This document shows, piece after piece, positions 14,945 to 31,256 of a stretch of 64,000 nucleotides of DNA. A program made the translations under genes and the position numbers. The notes beneath the pieces are model-generated. The model was not told the DNA's origin and searched no databases. It saw only the letters and a list, made by a program, of their open reading frames with translations. Each line of letters begins with the position of its first letter. Within the stretch, counting starts at the first letter, position 1. Source of the stretch: the human T2T-CHM13v2.0 reference genome, Homo sapiens; assembly GCF_009914755.1 (NCBI RefSeq), contig NC_060939.1; one strand, written 5' to 3'.

Positions 14945-16020
14945 TCATGACCTTGGCTTATGCAATGATTTCTTAGATATGACACCAAAACCATCAGCAA
15001 GCAAAATGAAAAACAGATAAACTGACCTTTATCAAAATTAAAACTTATTTGCTTCAAAGACATCATCAAGAAGTGAAAAGACAACCCAGACAATGGGAGG
15101 ACATATTTGCAGATAACATTTCTAAGGGACTTATATATCCAGAACACAAAAAGGACACCTACAACTCAAATTTTTAGAAAAACCTAGTTTAAAAATGGGT
15201 AAAATATTTGAATATATTTTTCAAAAGAAGATACATAAATGGCTGAAATGTATATGAAAAGATACTCAATATCATTAGTCATTAGGGAAATGTAAATCAA
15301 AACTATGAGATACCATTTCACACCCACTAGGATGGCTATATTTAAAAAGACAATAACAAGGACGTAGAAAAATGGGAATCTTCTTCACACACTGCTAATG
15401 AAAATGTAAAGTGAAACAGGTGCTTTGGAAAAATTTGCCAGTTTCTTGCAAGTTTAGTACAGAATTACCATACAACTTGGCAATTCCATTCCTAGAAATG
15501 TACCCTGAAGAAGACATCTGTTCATATAAAAATTTGTACATGAGTAGTTGTGGCAGTATTATTAACAGCCAAAAGCAGAAACAACTCAAATGTCTATCAA
15601 CAAAATGAAATGTCCTATACAATGGAATACTACTGTATACATACAGTGGACTATTATTCAGCAATAAAAAGTAACAGAATGCGGATACAAGCTATAATGT
15701 AGATGAGCCTTGAAATTTATCTAATGTGAAAGAAGCCAGTCACAAAAGACCACATATCGAATAATTTTATTCATATAAAATGTCCAGAATAGACAAATCT
15801 ATATAGACAGAAAGTAGATTCATGGTTGCCCAGGATTGGGAGGTTAGTGGGAAATGGGGCGTGACTGGCAATGGGTACAGGGTTTCTTTCTGGGGTGATG
15901 AAAATCTTCTAAAATTGATTGTGCTGATGGTTGCACAACTCTTTGACTATACCAAAAAACAAAAATTGGATATTTTAAATAGTAACTTGTATGGTATATG
16001 AATTAAATCTCTTTAAGGTT
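14945..16020 (+). mobile_element. L1MB (L1MB7-like) 3' end
   Basis: ORF2 C-terminal remnant and 3'UTR gtccagaatagacaaatct...gaaagtagatt...tggggtgatgaaaatcttctaaaattgattgtg. Confidence 0.88.
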
Positions 16021-16029
16021 GATATATGG

Positions 16030-16690
16030 AAGATCCCAATTAGCCAAACACTCAATGGTTTTGGTATACACTGATGGTTGTTACCTAGACTCATTACTTC
16101 ATTAGAGAATTTACAATATAGTGGTGTCATATCTTTATCAGTCTTTCTGAACTGATTAACATCAACTACTTGGCTACCCTGAAATACAACTTATATAAGC
16201 AAGGCATGATAAATACTTGGCTTCTTCCCATAACTTACCAATTTTTAGAATAACAACTTAGTACCCTAGAAACCTTCAATGGGGGCCAATGAGATTTTTT
16301 TCCTCTTAAATTAACATTATGAATTCACGGATTTTTATATCTTTAATGTGTTTGATGTAAAACCATAGTCATTATTCTTGATGCTCTAATGGTTATTGTG
16401 GGCAATGGCAACAACCTCTTTAGGGTAGTTCTTGTGTTCTTTTGACAAGAACTCAGCACTTCATAACTTCCTTGTTAACTGGCACAAGAAAATATCTCTG
16501 GCTCATCCTGAACATTCTGTGCTAGAGATGCAACTGCTTGCCCAATGACGCTGGTTCATTTTAAGAAGAATACTTAGGGACCACAATATTGCTACTGGGC
16601 TGCCTTATAAAGGTTCCTTTGATGCCGTTATAGTGTACATGGTTAGAAAACAGACATTTTTAGACGAGAAAAATATATCATCAATTCCAC
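16030..16690 (-). mobile_element. L1MC4/5-like 3'UTR fragment
   Basis: catcaactacttggctaccctgaaataca...aaggcatgataaatacttgg...ttaccaatttttagaataa. Confidence 0.7.
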
Positions 16691-17300
16691 CTCTGGCCAT
16701 TGAGAGTAACTGGGACCAGGCTAAGCTTTCTAATGTCAATAACGAGAACCCTGGATAAAATATATGAAACAACTATTTTTAGACGTTAAGATAATAGCTA
16801 TCTCAGGACTGTGATGCCTAGGGGAAGGGAAATAAATGATGTGAGCTTCATAATCACCCTGGCTTTTTGAAGACTACTGTGAAGGGAAGGAGATGCAAAG
16901 GACAGTGGTCTCACTAAGTCGAGAAGACAGAAATAAGAGTTCAGGAAGGTGAAGTTAGATGGAATATGTGGAACAGAATACCAGAAAAGATGGAGCAACA
17001 CAGAGAAATTAACTATAGAAATTTGCCTGGAATTCTATTTAACTCTACTGCTGATATTAAGCCATGCTTGTGTGGATGAAACTCCATAAGGCAAAAAACA
17101 GACATAAAAAAAGACATCTCCCATCCCCTAAAAAAATATTCCCAGAGCTCACACAGGGCAGGGAGAAACTGAAGTCCTGATCAGCCAGCGGAAAGTCCTA
17201 GCTCAACATCCAGAACGCACAGAAGAAACCCAAAAATAGCTATGCCTTGACAGTAGGACTAAACTAGGCCTAGAGTAAAATTTCAAAACAAGACCCTAAA
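16690..17300 (+). mobile_element. Ancient L1M 5' region fragment
   Basis: gagtaactgggacc...ggataaaatatatgaaacaac...aggactgtgatgcctag...aataaatgatgtgagc resembles L1M 5' ends. Confidence 0.55.
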
Positions 17301-17498
17301 TGGTAGAGTACTGCTTACCAGCAGGTTTAGTACCCTTCCCAGGAAAAATCTACACACCAAGATACACCCCAGGGTAGTGAAAGTATGAAGTACAAATGAT
17401 GAAAATATAAGACCAGGATGTTTTATGTTATTGAGTACCACTCCTTTTTAAATTAAAAATATTAATTATGAGATATTTCAAATATAAGAAAAAGATAA

Positions 17499-17671
<173 letters not shown>

Positions 17672-17807
17672 ATGCTTTATTGTTTTTTAAAAAGAAATAA
17701 AACAGAATAGGATTAATACCCCTGCCCCCACCCAATCCCAATTTCCTACATTTCACAGGGGTAAGGACTATCCTAAATTGGTATTTTTCTTTTTGATGCT
17801 TTTATAC

Positions 17808-17852
17808 TTCTCTCTCTCTCTCTCCCTCTCTCTCTCTCTGTCTGTCACACAC
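17808..17852. repeat. (TC)n microsatellite
   Basis: tctctctctctctctccctctctctctctctgtctgtc. Confidence 0.9.
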
Positions 17853-19287
17853 AAATGCATTCTCTCTCTGCTAAGAAGTACAGCATTTCCTTAAGTATTT
17901 TCAAGTGTTACATAATGGTAGCACACTGTAAGTAGACTTCTAGAACTTAAGTTTTACGACTTAAAAGTATTTGTCTTGTTTATCATCATATCCTCAGTAT
18001 CTAGAAAGGTATCTGGCATACAGTGGATAGTTCATTAATGTTTTTTAAATAAATGAGTCAATGACCTGTTCAATGGTATTCTATTCTGTGACAATGCTAC
18101 AAACTTATCCCCTTCCTTTCTGCCATTTTTCCACTGATGAACATTTAGGTTGTTTTCAGATTTCTGTTATTAAAATGATGATGCAACACACATCCTTGTA
18201 CAGATCTCACCACATTCAACTACAAAATTTTCTCCAAAGTATAAGCCTAGAAATGGAGATTTTGGGGTTGAATAGGGAATGCACAGCTTCAACTTTACCG
18301 GAACTTGCTCTTCAGAGTGGGTTTCGATTTACACTCTCACCAGCAGTGTACAGGTTTCCGTTTCCCCATATGCTTTCCCATATTTAGTATTTTGAACTTT
18401 CAATTTTTGCCAAAGAAGTGGGACTAAAATGTTCTTTTAAGTTCATAGACCTCTGATTATTAATGAGATTGAGCACCTATTGAAATATTTATTAGCCACG
18501 TGGATTTCTTTTTCTATGGCTTTTCCAGTTTTCTAAGGAGCTGACTTAAAGATTTGTAGGATACTTTTTAATATATTTGTACTAACCCATTTGCCAGTTA
18601 TATATGTTGTAAATATCTTCTTTATATTCTTTGGTATCCAACTTTGTTTATGCTGCATTACTTCCTGAAGAATTTTTTTAGTTTAATATGATCAATCACA
18701 CTACCTTAATTAATAGTGATTTCGGGATCTCAAATTCTTTTCTACCTGATATCATAAAATATATTTCTTCTAAATGTTAAAAGTTCTGCTTTTTCACATA
18801 TAGGTATTTAACTCACTCTGGAGTTAATTTTTGTGTATGGTGTGGTTATTCATTTGCTCACTTACTCTATCCATACATCCACTCATTGATTGATTGATGA
18901 GACGGGTCATGTATGTTGTATATATACACATATGCATACACAGGTCAAACCATTTGTGGGCTAATATTTTCCAATAATCTATCTATTTGTACTAATAAAA
19001 AACTTTTAATTACTAGAGCTTTAAAAAGTCTTGTTTATTTCTTCTTTAAAATTGGTTTGGTTATTCTCACTCATTTATTTTTCTGAACTTTTAGAATCAT
19101 TTTGTAATATTCCATGAAAATGTCTATTGCTGTTTTGATTGAATCTTACTTATGATTTAAGTTATGGGGACTTAACAGCTTTATTGTATTGAGTTTATCA
19201 AACTATGAGCATCCTGGATCTCCATTTTGTTAAATGTGCTTTCAACAGAATTTTATAATTTTATTCATAAAATCTTATTTCTTTTAG

Positions 19288-20942
<1,655 letters not shown>

Positions 20943-20949
20943 GGATGAG

Positions 20950-23020
20950 ATTAAGGAAACTAGACCCCTATCTCTCATCATATACAAAAATCAACTCAAA
21001 ATGGATGAAAGATTTAAATATAAGATCTGAAACTCTAAAACTACTAGAAAACATAGGGGAAATGCTTCATGACATTAATGTAAGTAAGGATTTTTTGAAG
21101 AGTATCTCAAAAACACAAGTAACAAAAGCAAAATCAGACAAACAGACATCAAGCTAAAAAACTTCTGCATAACAAAGGAAACGGTTAATAGAGGAAGTGG
21201 CAACCTAGAGAATGAAAGAAAATAGATGCAAACGCGCTTTTGACATGGGGTTAATAACCAGAATGTATAAGGAACTCAAATAACCCAACAGTAAAAAACA
21301 AAACAAAACAAAACAAAACCCAAATAACCCAATTTAAAAATTGACAAAAGATCTGAACAGACATTTCTTCTTTTTTAAATAAAAATTTATTTTAAGTTTC
21401 AGGATACATGTGCAGGACATGTAGGTCTGTTACATAGGTAAGTGTGTGCCATGGTGGTTTGCTGTACCTGTCAACCCATCACCTAGGTATTAAGCCCAGC
21501 ATGCATTAGCTATTTATCCTGATGCTCTCCCTCCCCGACCCCTGACAGGCTCCACTGCATACTGTTCCCCTTCATGTGTCCATGTGTTCTCACTGCTCAG
21601 CTTCCACTTATAACTGAGAACATGCGGTGTTTGGTTTTCTGTGCCTATGTTAGTTTGCTGAGGATGATGGCTTCCAGTTCCATCCATGTCCCTGCAAAGG
21701 ACATGATCTCGTTCCTTTTTATGGCTGCATAGTATTCCATGGTGTTAATGTACCACATTTTCTTTATCCAGTCTATCATTGATGGGCATTTGGGTTGATT
21801 CCGTATCTTTTTTATTGCAAATAATGCTGCAATAAACATACGTGTGCATGTATCTTTGTAACAGAATGATTCATATTCCTTTGGTTATATTCCCAGTAAT
21901 GGGACTGCTGGGTCAAATGGTATTTCTGGTTCTAGATCTTTGAGGAATTGCCACACTGTCTTCCACAATGGTTGAGCTAATTTACATTTCCACCAACAGT
22001 GTAAAAGCACCCCTATTTCTCTATAGCCTCACCAGCATCTATTGTTTCTTGACTTTTTAATAATCGCCATTCTGACTGGTATGAGATGTGACATTTCTCA
22101 AAAGATGACGTACAAATGGCCAACAGGTATATAAAAAAAATTCTCAACATCACTAATCATCAGGGAAATGCAATCCAAAACTACAAAGAGATATATCCTC
22201 TGACCCCATCTAGAATGGCTATTATCAGAAATGCAAAAAATAACAAATGCTAACAGAGATGTAGAGAAATGGGAACACTTTCACACTGTTGGCAGTAGAG
22301 CCATTATGAAAATCAGTATGGAGGTTCTTCAAAAAACTAAAAATAGAACTACTGTATGGCCCAGCAATCCTGCTAGTGGCTACTTATCCAAAGGAAATGA
22401 AATCAGTATGTCAAAGAAATATTTGCACTCCTATGTTTATTGCAGTACTATTCAAAATGGCCAAGATATGGAATCAACCTAAGTGTCCATCAATGAATGG
22501 ATGGATAAAAAACTGAGATGTCTATACATAATGGAATACTATTCAGCCACAAAAAAGAATGAAATCCTGTCATTATGGCAACCTGGATACACTTGGAGGA
22601 CATTATGTTAAGTGAAATATGCCAGGCAGAGAAAGACAAATACTGTATGACCTCATTCATTTGTGGAATCTAAAAAAACAGATTTCACAGATGTACAGGG
22701 TAGAATACTGGCTACTGGGGAGGGTAGCAGAGAGGAGGAGATGAGAAGAGATTGGTCAATGGTTACAAAATTACAGTTAGATACGAGGAATAAGTTCTGG
22801 CATTCTATTGCACAGTAGGGTGACCATAGTTAACAATACTCTGTATATCAAAATTAGTAGAAGATTTTGATTGTTCTCATCACAAAGAAACAAGAAATGT
22901 TTGAGGTGATGGATATGCTAACTACACTGATTTCATCAGTACACAATATATATACATGTATTAAAATATCACACTGTACCCCCATAAATATGTGCAATTA
23001 TTATGAGTCAATTATATATA
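20950..23020 (+). mobile_element. L1MA (L1MA5/6-like) 3' portion, split by a nested L1PA
   Basis: gaaactagacccctatctctc...; 3'UTR gttagatacgaggaataagttctgg...ctattgcacagtagggtgac...gaggtgatggatatgctaa. Confidence 0.88.
21369..22089 (-). mobile_element. L1PA10-like 3' end nested in L1MA
   Basis: Antisense 3'UTR acctaggtattaagcccagcatgcattagctatttatcctgatgc; 9-bp TSD gacatttct (21360-21368, 22090-22098). Confidence 0.92.
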
Positions 23021-23175
23021 AAATACAACTTCAGCTAGATTTGTCTCTCATGCCTACATGTCTGTTGCTTGGTCAGTTTCCATTGCTCCTCTTTCTTTGG
23101 CCTGGGAGGCCTAGTTGGTTCTCCTGTAGCCTCCATAGCCCTGTGACCTGCAGGTTGTAAAGAACAGGAGAGGGA

Positions 23176-23470
23176 AGCTGGGCATGGTGGCTCATGCCTG
23201 TAACGCCAGCAGTTTGGGAGGCTGAGGTAAGAAAATTGTTTGAGCCCAGGAGTTCAGGACCAGCCTGGGCAACAAAAAGAGATCCTGTTTCTACAAATTT
23301 AAAAACGAGCCAAGCATGGTAGCACATGCCTGTAGTCCCAGCTATTAGGTGGGCTGAGGCAGGAGGATCCCTTGAGCTCAGAAGTTTGAGGTTGCAGTGA
23401 GCTGACTGCGTCACTGCACTCCCACCTGGGCAAGAGAATGAGACCCTATCTCAAAACAAACAAAACAAAA
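23176..23470 (+). mobile_element. AluJo-like
   Basis: Full dimer with J diagnostics (gagcccaggagttc, gggcaaca, ggaggatcccttgagc) and (CAAAA)n tail. Confidence 0.92.
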
Positions 23471-25718
23471 TAAGAGAGGAATTCAAGATGGGCAAGTAGA
23501 CACACCCGGCAGGAGTATTTCCCACTAAAGGACTGCACATCCGCAAGACTGGCACACTCTGAGCAGATCATCGGAGGGAAGGCATTGAGAGTGGATGGAT
23601 GGAGGATGTGGACACTGGACTGAAGGGGGATGAAGCTGAGAACCCTGCGCAGGGTTGGTCAAACACCGGGACAGGCTCCTGGACCCCAACTGACTCCTGG
23701 GAAAAGGTGAGTTGAATAGGTAAGCACTGGCCCCCTCTTGCCATGGACCTTTAGAATTCCTAGCTGCAGGAGAACTCATGACCCCCATGGACACCTGAGT
23801 TGGCAGGGACAGCTGCACAGAAAAGTAGCAGAGCAGGACTCCAGCCCATACGCAGTCTAGGGGTTTGCTGCAGGAACTGACGCAGTGCAGCATGGCCAGG
23901 GATGTCCATGCCTGCCCCCACCCCCAGCCAGGAACGTCAAGCACTGCTAGATGGCTTTAGCCTTTGAGAGACTGTTTAACCTGAACAGAGCAGGGCAGAC
24001 TTGCCCATGGTTAGTCCGATCATAGCGCTCGCACTACTTGCTAGACTCTCCAGGGACCCCAGTCTGGCCATGCCTTCTTACTGGGCCGCTTCCAATGTTC
24101 AACCAGAGTGCTTCCCAGGGACCCTCATCATAGCTCCTTTGTTGGCAGACCGCTTTTACCTGTTGGAGAACTCCAGCAGATAGGTCCCCAGTCCACTGAC
24201 AGTCTCTCTCCCATTGAAACTTTCCCTCTGCCGCTTTGCTGGCATGCACTTGCCCACAGCACCCCCCACCCCCTACTGCTATGCTGGCTATGGGTGTGGG
24301 TGGACCCTGTCTCCCTTCCCTGGATGTTGCACATATGTGCACACACTCCTCCTCTATCCAACCCAGCTGAGGCACAGGCAGTCCACCACGTAGAGCATGC
24401 TGCTGCATTGCAAGTGCCTGTGCAGATGCCAGAACCCAGCCCCTGCTGGCACTCTACCTGTGCCAACTGAGTGTGTATATGGACACCGGTGCCCCTGCCC
24501 CTGCCAGCACAAGTACAGGCATAGATGCCAGTACCCCTGTCACCACATGGCCAACACGTGGACACCCCGCAGTGTCACCACAGATGGCGGGAATGTATGT
24601 ATGGATGTTTCTGCCCCACTCCCACAGGTGTCCCCTACAGCTGATGATGTGCATCTTGCTGTGCCACCACAGTTGCTAGCACACATGAATGAGCACAGAT
24701 CCCACTGCCACTGCCCCTACAAAGCACTTTGGCTGGCACAACCCGATGGAATACTGGGGCCAGGAGACTAGGGAATACCTAGGCCCCTCCAGCACAGCAG
24801 GTTCCTAAACTCAAGGGGATGGAGAACAAAGCCAAGGGCTTGGTCCCAGCCCCCGAGAGTAAGAGCACACAGCCAAGGAGTCCTGAGCTGAGCCTTGGCC
24901 CTTTGAAATCTTCCAGAATCAAAGCCAGTCAACAGAACCCACATTATACTACAGTCAAACTCAAAGATCATCAAAAAAGATAAAAACAAAAAAAAACTCA
25001 TTCAAAGGAGCAACTTCAAAGATTAAAGGAACATCAGCCCACACAGATGAGAAAGAACTAGTGCAAGAATTCTGGCAACTCAAAAAGCCAGAGTGACTTC
25101 TTAACTACAAATGACTACATCAGTTCCCTAGCAATGTTTTTTGACCAGGCTCAAACGGCTGAAATGACAGACACAGAATTCAGAATGTAGACAGGAATGA
25201 AGACCATCAAGATTCAGGAAAAAGTCAAAATCCAATCCAAGGAATCTAAGGAATACAATAAAACAATACAGGAGCTAAAAGATGAAATGGTCATTTTAAG
25301 AAAGAACCAAACTGATCTGATAGAGCTGAAAAATACACTACAAGAATTTCATAAGACAATCGCCAAGTATTAACAGCACAATCAGTCAAGCTGAGGAAAG
25401 AATCTCAGAGCTTGGAGACTGGTTCTCCAAAATAACTCAGTGAGACAAAAATAAAGAAAAACCATTAGAGAATGAACAAAACCTCTGAGAAATATGGGAT
25501 TACATAAAGATACTAAGTCTACAACTCACTGACATCCTTGAAAGAGAGGGAGAGAAAGCAAGCAACCTGGAAAACATATTTGAGAATATCATCCATGAAA
25601 ATTTCCCCAAACTCTCTAGATAGGAATAAAATTAAAATTCAGGAAATGCTGAGAACCACTGTGAGACAGTATACAAGATGACCATCCCTCAAGACACACA
25701 GTCATCAGATTCTCCAAG

Positions 25719-25800
25719 TATAGTATAGTTTGAAGTTGGGTAGTATGATACCTCCAGCTTAAGTTCTTTCTACTTATCATTGCTTTGGCTATTTTTCATG
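25719..25800 (-). other. 82-bp inverted L1 ORF2 patch inserted in L1 ORF1
   Basis: Reverse complement aatagccaaagcaatgataagtagaaagaacttaagctggaggtatcatactacccaacttcaaactatac; flanked by tctccaag at 25711-25718 and 25801-25808; no polyA. Confidence 0.85.
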
Positions 25801-25961
25801 TCTCCAAGGTCGACATAAAAAAAAAAAAGAAAGAAACAGAAAAGGCAGCTAGAGAGAAGGGGTAAGGCCACTTACAAAGGGAATCACATCAGGGTAACAG
25901 TGAACCTTTCAGCAGAAATCCTACAAGGCAGAAGAGATTGGGGGCCTATATTCAGCATTCC

Positions 25962-26253
25962 TTTTTTTTTTTTTTTTGAGACAGAGTCACCAGGCTGGAG
26001 TGCAGTGGTAGTGGCATGATCTCGGCTCACTGCAACTTCTGCCTACGGGGTTCAAGTGATTCTCCTGCCTCAGCCTCCTGATAGCTGGGATTACAGGCAC
26101 GTGCCAACATGCCCAGCTAATTTTTGTATTTTTAGTAGAGACAGGGTTTTGCCATGTTGGCCAGGCTGGTCTCGAACTCCTGACCTCAAGTGATCCATCC
26201 ACCTTGGCCTCCCAAAGTGCTAGGATTACAGGTGTGAGCCACTGCACCCAGCC
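25962..26253 (-). mobile_element. AluSx/Sz
   Basis: Full dimer; 14-bp TSD tatattcagcattc (25947-25960, 26255-26268). Confidence 0.95.
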
Positions 26254-27268
26254 ATATATTCAGCATTCTTAAAAAAAACTTCAATAAAGAATTTCATATC
26301 CAGCCAAACTAAGCTTCATAAGCCAAAGAGAAATAACATCCTTTTCATATAAGCAAATTCTAAGGGAATTCATTACCAGCAGAACTCCTCTACGAAAGGT
26401 CCTTATGGGAGTGCTAAATATAGAAAGGCCATTACCAGCCACCATAAAAACACACTTAAGTACATAGACCACTAACACTACAAAGCAACTCCACAATTGA
26501 GTATGCATAATAACTAGCTAACAACAAGATGACAGGATCAAATCTGCCCATATCAATACTAACCTTGAATGGAAATAGGCTACATGCCCCAATTAAAAGG
26601 CATAGAGTGGTAAGTTGGATAAAGAAGCATGACCCAACTGCATGCTGTCTTCAAGAGACTCATCTCACATGCAATGACACCCATAGCCTCAAAGAAAAAA
26701 AGATGGAGAAAAATCTACCAACCAAGCAAACAGAAAACAGAAGAAAAAGCAGGGGTTGCTTTCTAATTTCAGACAAAGCAGAGTTTAAAACAACAACGAT
26801 CAAAAAAGACAAAGAAGGGCATACATAATAGTAAAGGATTCAATTCAACAAGAAGACTTAACTATCCTAAATATATATGCACCCAACACAGGAGCACCCA
26901 GATTCATGAAACAAGTTCTTAGGAACCTAGAAAGAAACTTACATAATAATGGTGGGAGACTTCAATACACTGCACCACCAGTATTAGACAGATCATTGAG
27001 GCAAAGAACTAACAAAGATGTTTGTAACTTGATCTCAACATTTGACCAAATGACCCTAATAGACATGAACAGAACTGTCCTCCCCCAAATAACAGAATAT
27101 ACATTCTTCTCATTTGCACATGGTACATACTGGAAAACTGACCACACAATCAGCCATAAAACAATTCTCAGCAAATTAAAAAATCCCAAAATCATACTGA
27201 CCATACTCTCAGACCACAGTGCAATAAAGAGAAATGAATACTAGGACGGCCACTGAAAACCATATACA

Positions 27269-27295
27269 TAGTACATGTGCTGCTGAAGCAAGCAC
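27269..27295 (-). pseudogene. RNU6: U6 snRNA 5' fragment (nt 1-27), tailless retrocopy
   Basis: Minus strand GTGCTTGCTTCAGCAGCACATGTACTA vs U6 GTGCTCGCTTCGGCAGCACATATACTA (24/27, two are CpG transitions); 12-bp TSD gaaaaccatata (27255-27266, 27297-27308). Confidence 0.88.
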
Positions 27296-28551
27296 AGAAA
27301 ACCATATAATCACAAGGAAATGAAACAACCTGCTTCTGAACAACTTCTGGCTAAACAATGAAAATAAGGCAGAAATGAAATTCTTTGAAACTAATGAGAA
27401 CAAAGATACAACATACCAGAATCTGTGCAACACAGTTAAAGCAGTGTAAGAGGGAAGTTTATAGCGTTAACCTACCACCACACCAGAATGAACTAGAAAA
27501 ACAAGAGCAAATCAACCCAAAAGCTAGGAGAAAACAAGAAATAACAAAATCAGAGCTGAACTGAATGAAATTGAAATCTGAAAAACCATACACAAGATCA
27601 GTAAATTCAGAAGTGGGTTCTTTAAAAGAAAAAATACAATTGCTAGATCACTAGCTAGACTAATAAACAAAAACAGAGATGATCCAAATAAATGCAATCT
27701 GAAATGGCAATGGGGACATTATCACTAACCCACAGATGTACAAAAAACCCTCAGAAATTATTATGAACACCTCTATGCACACAAACTAGGAAACCTAGAA
27801 GAAACAGATAAATTCCTGGAAACATACAACCTCCCAAGATGAACCAGGAAGAAACTGAAAGACTGAACAGACCAATAATGAGTTCTGAAATTGAATCAGT
27901 AATAAGCCTATAAACCAAAAAAAAAGCCACAGCAATCAGGCATGAGAAAAAAATAAAAGGCATCCAAATAGGAAGAGAGGAAGTCAAATTATCTCTCTTT
28001 GCAGACAATATGCTTCTATATCTAAAAAATCCCACAGTCTGCCCAAAAGCTCCTATGTCTAATAAACACCTTCAAGGAAGTGTCAGGATAAAAGAAAAAT
28101 CAATGTATAAAAATCAGAGGCATTTTTATACACCAGCAACATCCCACATGAAAGCCAAATCAAGAGTGTAATCCATTCACAATAGCCACAAAAAATATAA
28201 AGAATCTAGGAATGTAGTTAAATAGAGAGGTGAAAGATTTCTACAAAGAAATTGACAAAACACTGCTGAAAGCAATCAGAAATGACACAAACAATGGAAG
28301 AACATTCCATGCTCATCCACAGGACGAATCAATATTAACATGGCCATACTGCCCAAAGCAATTTGCAGATTCAATGCTATTCCTATCAAAGTACCAATGC
28401 CATTCTTCTCAGAATTAAAAAAAAAAATCTATTTTAAAATTCATATGGAACCAAAAAGAGCCCCAATAGCCAAAGCAGTGCTAAGCAAAAAGAACTAAGC
28501 TGGAGATATCACATTGCCCAGCTTCAATCTATGCTACAAGGCTATAGTAGC

Positions 28552-28937
28552 TGATATAGTTTGGCTCTGTGTCTCCACCAAATTTCATGTTGAATTGTAA
28601 TCCCCAGTGCTGGAGGTGGGGCCTCATAGGAGGTGACTGGATCATGTGGGCTTCTTATGAATGGTTTAGCCCCAAACCTCTTGGTGCTGTCCTTGTGACA
28701 GTGAATTCTTGTGAGATCTGTTTGTTTAAAAGTGTGTGGCACTCTCTCTCTCGGCTCCTGCTTTGGCCATGTGAAGTGCCTGCTCCCCCTTTGCCTTCCA
28801 CCATGACTATAAGTTTCCTGAGGCCTCCCCAGAAGCTGAGCAGATGACAGAATCATGCTTCCAACTAAACCTCTTTTCTGTATCAGTTACCCAGTCTCAG
28901 TTATTTCTTTATAACAATGTGAGAACAGACTAATATC
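28552..28937 (+). mobile_element. MSTA solo LTR (MaLR) nested in L1
   Basis: tgatatagtttggctctgtgtc...aagtttcctgaggcctccccagaagctgagcagatg...gactaata; decayed 5-bp TSD gtagc/ataac. Confidence 0.92.
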
Positions 28938-30051
28938 ATAACCAAAACAGCATGGTACTGGTATAAAAACAGATACATAGACCAATGGAATAGAATAGAC
29001 AGCCCAGAAATAAAGCTGCTCACCTACAGCCATCTAATCTTTGACAAAGTCAACAATATCAAGCAATGGGTAAAGGATTCCTGTGCAATAAACGGTGCTG
29101 TGACAACTGGCTAGCCATATGCAGAAGATTGAAACTGGACGCCTTTCTTACACCATATAAAAAAATCAATTCAAAATGGATTAAAGACTTAAATATATAA
29201 TCTCAAACTATAAAAACCCTAGAAGAAAACCTAGGACATACCCTTCTGGACATAGACCCTGGCAAAGATTTCACAACTAAGATCACAAAATCAGCTGCAA
29301 CAAAAACAAAAATTGACAAATGGGATCTAATTAAACTAAAGAGTTTCTGCACAGGAAAAGAAACTATGAACAGAGTAAAAAGACCACCCACAGAATGGGA
29401 GATAATATTTGCAAACTATGCATCTAACACAAGTCTAATATCCAGGATCTATAAGGAACTTAACAAATTAACAAACAAAAAAACAAAGAAAAAGTGGGCA
29501 AAGGACACAGACAGACACCTCTAAAAGGATAACATATATGTGGACAACAAGCATGTGAAAAATGCTCAACACCACTAACCATTAGAGAAATCCATAGCAA
29601 TGAGATACCATTGATCTCACTGATCCAAATCAATGAGTTACATGAGACACCATCTCATACAAGTCAGAATGGCTATCATTAAAAAGTCAAAAATGAACAG
29701 ATGCTGGTGAAGTTGTTGAGAAAAGGGATTGCTTATATACTGTTGGTGGGAAAGTAAGTTAGTTCAGCCACTGTGGAAAGCAGTTGTGATGCTTTCTCAG
29801 AGAACTTAGAACTACCATTTGACGCAGAAATCCCATTATTGGGTGTATTCCCAAAGGAATATAAATTGTTCTACCATAAAGACACACGCACATGTATGTT
29901 CATCACAGCACTATTCACAATAGCAAAGACATGGACTCAATCCAGGTGCCCATTCACGGTGGACTGGATAAAGAAAATGTGATATATATACACACATACA
30001 TACACACACACACCATGGAATATTAGCCATAAAAAAGAATGAGATCATGTC

Positions 30052-30749
<698 letters not shown>

Positions 30750-31081
30750 ATGTCCTTTACAGGAACATGGATGGAACTGGAGGCCATTATCCTAAGTGAA
30801 CAAATGCAGGAAAAGAAAACCAAATACCACTTCTCATTTGTAAGTGGGAGCTAAATATGAGTACACATGAACACAAAGAAGAGAGCAATGGATACCAAGG
30901 CCTACCTGAGGGTGGACCTTGGTAGGAGGTTGAGGACTGAAAAATTACCTGTTGGGTACTACGCTTATTACTTGGGTGATGAAATAACCTGTACACCAAA
31001 TCCCCATGACACAAAACTTACCTAAGTAACAAACCTGCATATATGCCCCTAAAACTAAAAGTTAAAGAGAAACAACAACTT

Positions 31082-31130
31082 GTATATGTGTGTGTGTGTG
31101 TGTATGTGTGTGTGTATGGGTATGCATATG
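31082..31130. repeat. (TG)n microsatellite
   Basis: tgtgtgtgtgtgtgtgtatgtgtgtgtgtatg. Confidence 0.9.
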
Positions 31131-31256
31131 TTTACTACTTTGTAAAGAAAGTTAAAATAGTTATGCTATTTTGTTAGAAACATCAAATTCCCACACATCA
31201 AATATTTATGGTGTCATTCCCACTGAGTTTTATTTTTTTTTTTCTTATTAGCTTTC

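Noticed and set aside
23021-23176. Possible 5' transduction in front of the L1PA16 (acaactt shared at ~23025 and ~31075)
   Set aside because: The match is too short and A-rich to be trusted as a TSD.
23525-25001. Cluster of overlapping GC-rich ORFs
   Set aside because: They lie in the repetitive GC-rich L1PA15/16 5'UTR; few stop codons are expected from composition, and no recognisable protein.
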